Below are positions 18,111-26,983 of a stretch of 64,000 nt of DNA, piece by piece. How positions within the stretch are numbered: the stretch's first letter is position 1; the number at the start of each line of letters is the position of its first letter. The stretch spans positions 64,001 to 128,000 of the forward strand of contig OY760907.1 in the NCBI GenBank assembly GCA_963664195.1, given 5' to 3'. The position numbers and the translations under genes are program-made. The notes under the pieces were generated by a model, which saw only the letters and a list, made by a program, of their open reading frames with translations, searched no databases and had not been told where the DNA came from. This DNA is from an uncultured candidate division Zixibacteria bacterium (GTDB lineage Bacteria; Zixibacteria; MSB-5A5; GN15; FEB-12).

Positions 18111-21100
18111 CTACTCCAGGTCCAGCAACAGCTCCTCCACTGCTCGCACCAGTTGAGGGTCGCGCCCGTTCATCATGTCGTCCGGGAGGTTCTCCACCAG
18201 AATGTCCGGGTAGCGCGGCGTCAGATCGGTGTCCTCCATCTCTGTCGTAAGAGCGGCGGTCGAGGGCCGTCGAATGCGGGTACCATCGATAAGCGTGTAC
18301 GAGCCGGTGCCAATCACATACCCCGCAGTTGGTTCGCCGACAATCTTGCCAAGTTTGAGCTTGCGGAATCCTTCGGCAAAAATCTCTGCATTCGAAAATG
18401 AGTAATTGTTGATCAAACAGGCCATCGGGCGCTCAAACGCCTTCGATCTGTACTTGTTCTCCGAAGTTGGAGGCAGCCCCCTGAAAGCACGCATAATATA
18501 CGGAGACTTCACCAGCGTGCCCAGAATGTGCACCGAGGTCCACCCGCCACCGTTGTTGCGGACATCAATGAGCATGCCCTCTTTTTCCCCCGCCAGCGAT
18601 ACTAGTTCCTCTTCAAAGCGATCAAGCGAGATCTGGTCCATAGAGCGAACGTGCAGATATGCAATCCTGCCGCCAGAAAGCGAATCCACCATGCGGCGAC
18701 GCTCGGCGACCCAATGCTCGTAGGCAAGGTTGCGGAGGCCGCCGAGTGAGGTCGGCTTAACATACAAGTCCGTGGTCGAACCGTCGGGCGAATCGCTGAT
18801 GCTCAGCCGCACCCGCTTGCCGATAGTCCCCTCGAGCAGTTTGAAGAGATTCGTCTCGCGCGTGAGCCTGATTCCGTCGACAGCGATCAAGTACTGCCCA
18901 ACACGAATGCCCTCGAGCGCCGCCGGTGATTCCTCGAACACGCTCGATATCCTAAACACGCCGTCGCTATTCAATAGCCGACTGTCGAAATCCATCCCCA
19001 GATACCCCGTTCGTTCTGTCGCCTCTGTTGTGGGCGCACTCGAATAGATGTTCAGATGCGAGGCCCTGAGTTCGCCCATCAGTTCCAAATCGAGATTGCG
19101 GAACTCCTCCTGCGTGCGGATGTGGTCTACAACCGGACGGTACTTCTCCCGCACCGCGTCCCAATCGGTCCCGTGGAAAGTTGAGTCGTAGAAGTAGCTG
19201 TTGAGCGTCTGCCAGGTCTCCTCGTATTTCTGGCGATTGTTGGCAACACGATCTATATCCATCACCGCCGTAAACGACAGCGTTTCAACTTTTCCTTTTT
19301 CGATGTCACACGTCTTGATCTTCCCGCCTTCGAGAAAATAGAGGCTTTGGGAATCTGACGTCACCGTCAATTGCGACTTGGTGCCGGAAGAACTCGTCAA
19401 CTGCTCAAGCTCGGGGTCGTCCTCGGTGTTGACGGTCCAAATCTGCGACTCACCGAGCAGGTTGGAAACAAACGCATACTTCTTGCCGTCCGGCGTGAGC
19501 ACCGGCCAATTGCTGGAGGCTTCGAGATGGAACGCGAGGTGGCGACGTTTCTGTATGTCGTCGAAATCGATAACGATATTGTCGATATCTCTCTTGTCGT
19601 CGGCTTTTGCGCCGTCCGTCTGTTTCTCTTTGTCTTCTTCAAAGAACAGACTGTCGAACGAAGATTCGTAGAACTCGGCAGGCTCGTGGACGAGATTGAC
19701 TTCGTACGTCTCTTCACCATCGCGCCCGCCCGAGGTGAAGTACGCTTTTTTGCCGTCGGCGGAGAACCGTGGACGCTGGTTCCAACCGACAAACCGCGAG
19801 ACATTCTGCGGTATAGAGTCTTTTAGGCTGACCGCGTAGATATCCATCTGGTGACTTTCGGCCGCCATGGTGAATAGAAGCCATTTTGAATCGGCTGACC
19901 AGTCGTATTCGCGGGACATTTCCAGGGCCATATCGAGGAAGGCACCTTTCACCCACACGACCTCAATCCCGCTCTCCAAATCATACCGAATCAGACGATC
20001 AAGCCCGCGCTGATAGACAAGATAACGACCATCGGGCGACGGAACGGGTTTGACCTCGTTTTCGGTCGACTCGGTCAAGCGAGTCTCTCGGCCGGTGGTA
20101 ACGTCTGCTGAGAACACGTCGTAGTTGCCGTGGCGATCCGAACAGTAGTAGACCGTTTTTGAGTCCTTTCCCCAGATGACAAACTTTTCACGGGCCGGCG
20201 TATCAGTCACACGGATGCCATCCTTCGGATCCTCGGCGGGCAGGACAAAAACCTCTCCGTGGATGATCCCAGCGATTTTCTTTTCGTCAGGCGACAGCGA
20301 GTACCATTCGACGGAGCCAGTGAATTCCTTGCGTTCGACAAGATTGTCCCGCTCGTCTGTCCTGAGGCGAATGGGGATCTGCCGCGGAGATCCTTCCGAG
20401 GGATCGAGCGTCCAAATCTTGAATCCCTGCTCGAAAACAAGCATGGTGCCCTGCGGATTCGAATTCAGGAACTGGACGCCATCGCCGGTGAAATCGGTGA
20501 TCGCTGTGGCCTCTCCCCCGGCAAGCGGTTTCTTCCATATCTGTGCCCACTCACCTCTTGTTGAAACGAAGTACAGCTCGCCTCGTTCTTCATTTAGCAC
20601 CGGCCAGAGATCGTGATTCTCATAATCGGTCAAACGCTGCGATGTAAACTCGTCTTTGGTTCGGTCCAGCAGAAAAATATCGGCATTGCCGCCAACTTTG
20701 AGATCGCGGCGGTACCAGGCCGATAAACCGCTCCCATTGTTGAACAAGAGGCCCTTGCCGTCAGAGGTGATTCGCCCGCCGTATTCGTACGCCTGCTCGT
20801 AACCGGTCAGCGCAATTGGCATCCCCCCGGTGACAGATATTTTGCAGATGTCCGTGCGGCGCCCGCGGTAGGTGCTGAACACGACGCTGTCGCTTCCGGG
20901 GAACCATCCGCTGCCAATATCCGTGCCTGAGTTGTAGGTCAGACGCGTCGGCACACCGCCAACAGACGGCATGACATAGACATCGTAGTTGTTGTGACGC
21001 CGTGACGAGAACAGAATCATACTGCCGTCGGGAGAGAAATGAGGCTGAACGTCCTCGGCCTCATGTACGGTCAGGCGCGTGGCCTCTCCCCCCTGAGCGG

Positions 21101-21260
21101 GTACGGTCCAGATATCCCCCCGGTAGGTAAAGGCAATCGTGCTGCCGTCGGGCGAGAGAGCTGGATACCGGGCGTAGAGGATTTCATCGGCGAAGACGTT
21201 TCCTACCGGAATCACAGACAGGACTAACAGGACGGCGAAAAAGCACAGCATTGACTTCAC
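18111..21260 (-). CDS. Tricorn-like S41 family protease (TolB-like propellers, PDZ, S41)
   Basis: SPDG propeller repeats; IDVRNNGGG, SFSNAE catalytic motif, VGEPTAG. GTG at 21260 after GGAG gives a signal peptide. Confidence 0.92.
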   Translation of the reverse strand: MKSMLCFFAVLLVLSVIPVGNVFADEILYARYPALSPDGSTIAFTYRGDIWTVPAQGGEATRLTVHEAEDVQPHFSPDGSMILFSSRRHNNYDVYVMPSVGGVPTRLTYNSGTDIGSGWFPGSDSVVFSTYRGRRTDICKISVTGGMPIALTGYEQAYEYGGRITSDGKGLLFNNGSGLSAWYRRDLKVGGNADIFLLDRTKDEFTSQRLTDYENHDLWPVLNEERGELYFVSTRGEWAQIWKKPLAGGEATAITDFTGDGVQFLNSNPQGTMLVFEQGFKIWTLDPSEGSPRQIPIRLRTDERDNLVERKEFTGSVEWYSLSPDEKKIAGIIHGEVFVLPAEDPKDGIRVTDTPAREKFVIWGKDSKTVYYCSDRHGNYDVFSADVTTGRETRLTESTENEVKPVPSPDGRYLVYQRGLDRLIRYDLESGIEVVWVKGAFLDMALEMSREYDWSADSKWLLFTMAAESHQMDIYAVSLKDSIPQNVSRFVGWNQRPRFSADGKKAYFTSGGRDGEETYEVNLVHEPAEFYESSFDSLFFEEDKEKQTDGAKADDKRDIDNIVIDFDDIQKRRHLAFHLEASSNWPVLTPDGKKYAFVSNLLGESQIWTVNTEDDPELEQLTSSSGTKSQLTVTSDSQSLYFLEGGKIKTCDIEKGKVETLSFTAVMDIDRVANNRQKYEETWQTLNSYFYDSTFHGTDWDAVREKYRPVVDHIRTQEEFRNLDLELMGELRASHLNIYSSAPTTEATERTGYLGMDFDSRLLNSDGVFRISSVFEESPAALEGIRVGQYLIAVDGIRLTRETNLFKLLEGTIGKRVRLSISDSPDGSTTDLYVKPTSLGGLRNLAYEHWVAERRRMVDSLSGGRIAYLHVRSMDQISLDRFEEELVSLAGEKEGMLIDVRNNGGGWTSVHILGTLVKSPYIMRAFRGLPPTSENKYRSKAFERPMACLINNYSFSNAEIFAEGFRKLKLGKIVGEPTAGYVIGTGSYTLIDGTRIRRPSTAALTTEMEDTDLTPRYPDILVENLPDDMMNGRDPQLVRAVEELLLDLE

Positions 21261-21346
21261 AACAGACTCCGCAAGTGAGAGATGATCGTTTCCACACAAG
21301 GTAATCTCAAATGTGGCGGTGTCAACGGTTTCAATCACACGTTCAC

Positions 21347-21375
21347 TTGACCTCGCCTCCGAATTGACGTAGTAT
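21347..21375 (+). promoter_or_regulatory. Putative sigma70 promoter of tldD-pmbA
   Basis: TTGACC-N17-TAGTAT. Confidence 0.55.
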
Positions 21376-21421
21376 TAGCACTATATGTTTCCTTGAATCT
21401 CTTCCAGTGAAGTGGAGTCCA

Positions 21422-22864
21422 ATGAAAGCTCGACTCAAAGAATGTATCGACTACCTTTGCAGCAAAGGCGTGGATTACGCCGACTGCCGGTATGTCAGAT
21501 GTGAAAAGGAATCGATCCGCGTGTCTAACGGCAACGTGGATGCGATCACTCGTAATCTCGATGTCGGAGTTGGCATCAGAGTGCTCGTCGGCGGAGCCTG
21601 GGGCTTTGCCGGCACGGCGGCGTTGAAGACATCCGACCTGAAGAGAACCGCCAACCTTGCGGTGCAGATCGCGAAAGCGTCAGCCGTCGTGAAGTTTGAG
21701 CCGGTCGTTCTCGCTGACCAGAAACCCTTTGTCGATCACTACCGCACCAGGGTAAGGAGAGACCCGTTCGGAGTCGCCATGGACGACAAAACCGGGCTGC
21801 TGGTGCAAACGTGCGAAATCTTGAAGAAGTCCAGGAAGATCAAAACGGCCGAAGCGTCGATGGGATTCTTCAAAACCAACAAGTTGTTCGTCTCAACCGA
21901 GGGCGCTGAGATCGAGCAGGATATCATTGAATCCGGTGGCGGGTTCAATGCTGTGGCGTTCGACGGCAGGGTCGCGCAGAAACGGTCCTATCCGAACTCA
22001 TTTGGCGGCGACTTCGCCACTCGTGGCTACGGGTTCATAGAGGAGCAGCGTTTTCTCGACGAGGCCGAGCGCGTTCGGGAGGAGGCAATCGAATTGCTGA
22101 CCGCTGCGGACTGCCCGGACACGACAACGACCATCATTATCGGCGGCCCCATGATGGCTCTGCAGGTGCACGAGTCATGCGGGCATCCGACTGAGCTGGA
22201 CCGCGTTCTCGGAACAGAGATTTCCCTGGCCGGTGGTTCGTTCATGACGGTCGACAAGCTCCGCAAACTCAAGTACGGCTCGGATATTGTCAGCATCACA
22301 GCCGACGCTACCATTCCCGGCGGGTTGGGAACATTCGGATACGATGACGAAGGTGTCAAGGCACAGCGTACACCCATTATCAAAAACGGTCTGTTTGTCG
22401 GTTACCTTTCAAGCCGTGAAACGGCGCCGGTTATCAAACGCAAATCCAATGGGACGATGCGGGCCGACGGTTGGAATCGTCTGCCGATAATTCGCATGAC
22501 GAACATCAATCTCGAGCCGGGCGATTGGGAACTCGATGACCTCATCGCAGACACGAAAAAAGGCATCTATTTTGATCTGAACAAGAGCTGGTCTATCGAC
22601 GACAAGCGGTTGAACTTCCAGTTTGGAGTCGAAGCCGCACGTGAGATCAAAAACGGCAAACTCGGCCGGATGCTCAAGAACGCAACGTACACCGGTATCA
22701 CGCCCGAGTTCTGGAATTCCTGCGACGCTATCTGTAACGAGAAACACTGGCGCGTCTGGGGCGTGCCCAATTGCGGCAAAGGAGAACCGATGCAGACGGC
22801 ACACGTCGCCCACGGTACCTCGCCAGCCCGCTTCCGCAACGTAAGAGTGGGGGTGACGAAATGA
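21422..22864 (+). CDS. tldD: TldD family metalloprotease
   Basis: HESCGH zinc motif, YDDEGV, RMTNI, CGKG; ATG after GGAG. Confidence 0.92.
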   Translation: MKARLKECIDYLCSKGVDYADCRYVRCEKESIRVSNGNVDAITRNLDVGVGIRVLVGGAWGFAGTAALKTSDLKRTANLAVQIAKASAVVKFEPVVLADQKPFVDHYRTRVRRDPFGVAMDDKTGLLVQTCEILKKSRKIKTAEASMGFFKTNKLFVSTEGAEIEQDIIESGGGFNAVAFDGRVAQKRSYPNSFGGDFATRGYGFIEEQRFLDEAERVREEAIELLTAADCPDTTTTIIIGGPMMALQVHESCGHPTELDRVLGTEISLAGGSFMTVDKLRKLKYGSDIVSITADATIPGGLGTFGYDDEGVKAQRTPIIKNGLFVGYLSSRETAPVIKRKSNGTMRADGWNRLPIIRMTNINLEPGDWELDDLIADTKKGIYFDLNKSWSIDDKRLNFQFGVEAAREIKNGKLGRMLKNATYTGITPEFWNSCDAICNEKHWRVWGVPNCGKGEPMQTAHVAHGTSPARFRNVRVGVTK

Positions 22865-24213
22865 TTGGAAAAGAAAAACTGATCGCCAAGTTGGAAAAGG
22901 TGATGGCGTTTTCAAAGGCCGAGCAGACCGAAATCGTCTTCATCGGCAACGAGTCCGGCCTCACGCGCTACGCCAACTCGATTATCCATCAGAACGTGCA
23001 CGAGACAAACTTCCAGGTCTTCTTCAGATCACTTGTCGGCAGACAGACGGGAGTGGCCTCGACCAATTCCATGAATGTGGCCGACCTAAAGAAGACGCTC
23101 GCGGATTCGTTGGAAATCGCCCGTAAACAACCGGACAATCCGCTGGCTCCCGATCTGCCGAAGCCGGCCAGGTACAAAGACATTAACACTTTCGACGACG
23201 CGACCGCACGTTTCACACCGCATGGACGCGCAAAACAAGTCAAGAAAATCATCTCGGAGGCCACTCGTAAGAACTTCACCATGGCGGGCGCGTTCTCGAC
23301 ATCTCAATCTGAAATCGCTGTCGTGAACTCGCGCGGCGTGCGGACGTATCAGCCTGTGACGGCGGCCACAGTCAATATGATTGCCATGTCAGACGATTCC
23401 TCCGGGTATGCTTCGGCGACTTCAAGACGAGTGAGTGATCTCGACGTAGTACGGCTGGCGCAAACGGCGGTCGAGAAGTGTGATCGCTCGCGGAATCCGA
23501 TCTCAATTGAGCCGGGCGATTACGAAGTGCTCCTTGAGCCGGCGGCCATTGCCGAGATGCTGGAGTGGTTGAACTATGTCGGTCTGGGATCGAAATCCTA
23601 CCAGAACAAAATGTCGTTCTTGTCTGGAAAGATTGGCAAAAGGATTACTTCAAACCAGGTGACTTTGTACGACGACGGGCTGGACATACGTTCAAATGCC
23701 TTCCCATTTGATTTCGAGGGCGTCCCGCGCAAGAAGGTCTATTTCGTGAAGGACGGCGTAGCAATGGGGGTTGTCCACGACCTGGCTTCGGCGATAAAGG
23801 CCAAGACAAAAACGACCGGCCACGCCATCACCCCCGGAGAGAGGGATCAAGGGGCATACGGATTGAACCTGTTTATGGCGCCGGGTAAGGCGGACCGTGC
23901 GAAAATGCTCTCAAACGTCAAGAAGGGCATACTTGTGACGAGGTTCCATTACTTGAACGGGATGATTGATCCGCGCAACTCAGTGCTGACCGGAATGACC
24001 CGCGATGGCACATTCCTCATCGAGAACGGCGAGATTGTCTCCGGGATCAAGAACCTCCGGTTCACGGATTCGTTCACCCGTGCATTTAAGACGGTGAAGG
24101 CGATTTCGAAGCAGACAGAGAGAGTAGACACATGGTGGAGCGCGGTTGGCTGCATGACCGTGCCTGCGGTGCACCTTGGTTCATTTAAGTTTACCGGCAA
24201 GACGGACTTCTAG
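22861..24213 (+). CDS. pmbA: PmbA/TldE family protein
   Basis: ATGA overlap with tldD; PFDFEG, TGMTRDG, no HExxxH. Confidence 0.85.
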   Translation: MIGKEKLIAKLEKVMAFSKAEQTEIVFIGNESGLTRYANSIIHQNVHETNFQVFFRSLVGRQTGVASTNSMNVADLKKTLADSLEIARKQPDNPLAPDLPKPARYKDINTFDDATARFTPHGRAKQVKKIISEATRKNFTMAGAFSTSQSEIAVVNSRGVRTYQPVTAATVNMIAMSDDSSGYASATSRRVSDLDVVRLAQTAVEKCDRSRNPISIEPGDYEVLLEPAAIAEMLEWLNYVGLGSKSYQNKMSFLSGKIGKRITSNQVTLYDDGLDIRSNAFPFDFEGVPRKKVYFVKDGVAMGVVHDLASAIKAKTKTTGHAITPGERDQGAYGLNLFMAPGKADRAKMLSNVKKGILVTRFHYLNGMIDPRNSVLTGMTRDGTFLIENGEIVSGIKNLRFTDSFTRAFKTVKAISKQTERVDTWWSAVGCMTVPAVHLGSFKFTGKTDF

Positions 24214-24236
24214 AAGCGTAAATGCGGCAAACAGAT

Positions 24237-24274
24237 ACGGCAGGTACTCAAATGGGAGTGCCTGCCGTTTTCTT
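24237..24274 (+). terminator. Intrinsic terminator after pmbA
   Basis: ACGGCAGGTACTC-aaatgg-GAGTGCCTGCCGT followed by TTTCTT. Confidence 0.8.
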
Positions 24275-24285
24275 GCCCCGGAATC

Positions 24286-24447
24286 GTAGGCGAAACCCAA
24301 CGCAGCGAGTTGCCTGCGATTTCGACTTCCAATGTCAGAACCGCGGGGATTCTGACCTACAATCTTTCCAATATCAGGGTCGCAGGGGTTCCAACCTGCA
24401 ATTCACTGACGGTCCCATCGTCAGGCCAGAAGACAGGCCTGACCTAC
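24286..24447. repeat. Cluster of GTAG-type REP elements
   Basis: GTAGGCGAAA...TTTCGAC (+); GTCAGAA..TTCTGAC-CTAC at 24334-24360 and GTCAGGCC..GGCCTGAC-CTAC at 24420-24447 (GTAG + hairpin on minus strand). Confidence 0.65.
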
Positions 24448-24472
24448 GATTCAATCACGGTCCGGCACAATC

Positions 24473-25966
24473 TCACTCGCCCGGTTTCGGGCGACGGTAG
24501 TTCACACCCAGGGCATCCAGCCTTTTCAAGTGGTCGTTCAACCGCATACGGAAGTCTGCATAGTCCCGATGCTCGGGACGCATCCACAAAGCCTCGGCCA
24601 TCGCACAGATACGGGGTACCGTCATATATTCAACATGACGATAATCCGACATCTGCTCGGTCCAGACATTCCCCTGACCACCAAGTATGTGTTTCGCTTC
24701 ATCGGGAGAAAGCTCAGACGGAGTCGGTTCGAATCCGTAAACGGTCTTCAGCGGGAGATAGGCGTTGAATGCTTCTGGTTCTCCCTGCTTGGCCTGATAG
24801 TAATCGAAGTAGCAGTGCGAAGTCGGCGTCATCACTACATCGTGTCCTTCTCTTGCGGCGCGAATACCACCCTCTACCCCGCGCCAGGACATGACAGCCG
24901 CACCGTCAGGTAGACCGCCTTCGAGGATCTCATCCCAGCCAATCAGTCTGCGACCGTGCTCGTGGAGCCAGCGACCGACTCGCCCGATAAAATAACTCTG
25001 GATATCATCCTGATCGGCAAGATCTTCCTGTCGCAATCGTTCATGACATCGAGTGCACTGCTTCCATCGAACTTTCGGACATTCATCGCCGCCGATGTGC
25101 ACATATTCGCCGGGGAATAGAGCGAGCACTTCGGTCAGTACATCCTGCAGAAACTGAAACGTCTTCTCGTTCCCGGCGCAGTAGACATCATTGAACACGC
25201 CCCATTCGTTCGGCACCGAATGAGCCTGACCGGTACAGGATAGTTCCGGATATGCTGCGAGTGCTGCACGGGCGTGCCCCGGGAGTTCGATTTCAGGAAC
25301 GACGGTAATAAACCGCTCTGCGGCGTAGGCAACGATTTCGCGAATTTCCTCCTGCGTGTAGAAGCCCCCGTACGGCCTGCCGTCATCTTCCGTCCGCCAG
25401 GCGCCAACCTCAGTGAGTAGTGGATACTTCTCGATTTCGATTCGCCAGCCCTGATCATCGGTCAGGTGCCAGTGGAAAACGTTCATCTTGTGCATTGCGA
25501 GCAGATCGAGGTATCTCTTGATTTCCTCGATTGAGAAGAAGTGTCTGCTGACATCAAGGTGCATCCCTCGCCAGGCATACCTGGGGGCATCTTTGATGCT
25601 GACGAGCGGAATAGCTGCTTCGTCGTTGGCTGTGAGGCCGAGCAGTGTCTGAACGGCATAGAACAAGTCGCGGGGCGACGCCCCGACCAGCGAGACAGAA
25701 TCGAGAGAGACGTCCAGGCAATACCCTTCTTTGACGGCGGCATCAACCGAAAGTTCAATGTGCCTGTCCGCCATGTCTGGCTCGGACAGTATGAGATTCA
25801 GATGCGTTGCGATTTGCTTGCGGAAGTAATCCGCGATACTCTGATTGTCTGGTTCATTCCCCTTGAGGCGAATCGCTACATCCGAGTCAAGCTGGAAACA
25901 ACCCTCCCCCGCCTTGCACGTTACGGGAGCCGGAATGATACTGATCCGTTGACCGCAACGACTCAT
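24473..25966 (-). CDS. Beta-N-acetylhexosaminidase (GH20)
   Basis: WRGMHLDVSRHF, HWHLTDDQGWR, HIGGDE catalytic motif, VWTE. Confidence 0.95.
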   Translation of the reverse strand: MSRCGQRISIIPAPVTCKAGEGCFQLDSDVAIRLKGNEPDNQSIADYFRKQIATHLNLILSEPDMADRHIELSVDAAVKEGYCLDVSLDSVSLVGASPRDLFYAVQTLLGLTANDEAAIPLVSIKDAPRYAWRGMHLDVSRHFFSIEEIKRYLDLLAMHKMNVFHWHLTDDQGWRIEIEKYPLLTEVGAWRTEDDGRPYGGFYTQEEIREIVAYAAERFITVVPEIELPGHARAALAAYPELSCTGQAHSVPNEWGVFNDVYCAGNEKTFQFLQDVLTEVLALFPGEYVHIGGDECPKVRWKQCTRCHERLRQEDLADQDDIQSYFIGRVGRWLHEHGRRLIGWDEILEGGLPDGAAVMSWRGVEGGIRAAREGHDVVMTPTSHCYFDYYQAKQGEPEAFNAYLPLKTVYGFEPTPSELSPDEAKHILGGQGNVWTEQMSDYRHVEYMTVPRICAMAEALWMRPEHRDYADFRMRLNDHLKRLDALGVNYRRPKPGE

Positions 25967-26976
25967 TTCTCCCGGCCCACCAAATAGCTCGAGATCCGCC
26001 AGTAACCGTGATTGCCCTCTTCGTCTTTCGGACGGATGTCCTCTATCATGAATCGAATAGTATGTTCACCGGGCGTGAGATGGTCCGTCAGATCAAGTTC
26101 CATCGGTTCTACCATATCCCCCGGACACCAGCCGCTCCGCGAATAATCGGAGGACCAGTTGCCGTCGGACCAGCGTCTACAATACGGGTTGACTTCGCGG
26201 AACTGACGGCAGTCATCGCGCCAGGGTCGGTACCGATAGACCACGCGACCGTCGACACAAATCACATTGTCCTTCGGCACGAATTCGTCGGCGCCACGGC
26301 CATCGGTACAGTGTCCGGACACGAGATAGTTGAGAAGAACTCGGTCCGCACCCTCAGGCACCACGATGGTAGTTTGCACACCACTGTCGCCCATGCTCTC
26401 GCGATTGACTGACTGCTCGAACATGAGCGGCAGAGCCCACACCGGGTTGCGCCATTCCTCCAGGGGTTCGTACTTGAGAGAGAAGTCGACGTGCCAGCCC
26501 GGAGTGACCCAGGTATCGATGAAGGCATTGATCGTACACCCGCCCGTCAACAGCGGCAACAGATGAGTGACATCGACATCGTACGTTGAAGGTCCCCCAT
26601 ACGCCGTCATGAATTTGATTATCTCGACTTCGGGGAAACCGTTTTGCCAAAGGCGAACGCTTCCTGCCCGATCCCAGCTGTCATACATAAACTGCTCATC
26701 TTTGGGGATCGGGCGGATCTCGAGATGAGCCGTCAGTTTCACCGGCTGCTCGTATGCAGGACAGGTAACGGTAGCTTGGATGATCCGTCCGTTGTCGAGC
26801 GCCTTCACGTCGAGCGTGTCATACCGGTCAGGTTCGTCGGGTGTGAAGTGAATCGTATTGTTGTTGAACACATCAACGACAGTCGGCTGAACAGCAGAGC
26901 CGCACACCGACAAAATCAACAGCATCGACGCGATTGGTACCGCAACATTCTTGAACGTTGTCATGATATCTGTCAT
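25963..26976 (-). CDS. Peptide-N-glycosidase F-related protein, secreted
   Basis: Signal peptide; DSWDR, KFMTAYG, SGH..DEF, WRDDC, SRSGWCPG motifs of PNGase F family. Confidence 0.8.
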   Translation of the reverse strand: MTDIMTTFKNVAVPIASMLLILSVCGSAVQPTVVDVFNNNTIHFTPDEPDRYDTLDVKALDNGRIIQATVTCPAYEQPVKLTAHLEIRPIPKDEQFMYDSWDRAGSVRLWQNGFPEVEIIKFMTAYGGPSTYDVDVTHLLPLLTGGCTINAFIDTWVTPGWHVDFSLKYEPLEEWRNPVWALPLMFEQSVNRESMGDSGVQTTIVVPEGADRVLLNYLVSGHCTDGRGADEFVPKDNVICVDGRVVYRYRPWRDDCRQFREVNPYCRRWSDGNWSSDYSRSGWCPGDMVEPMELDLTDHLTPGEHTIRFMIEDIRPKDEEGNHGYWRISSYLVGREK

Positions 26977-26983
26977 CCCGAGG

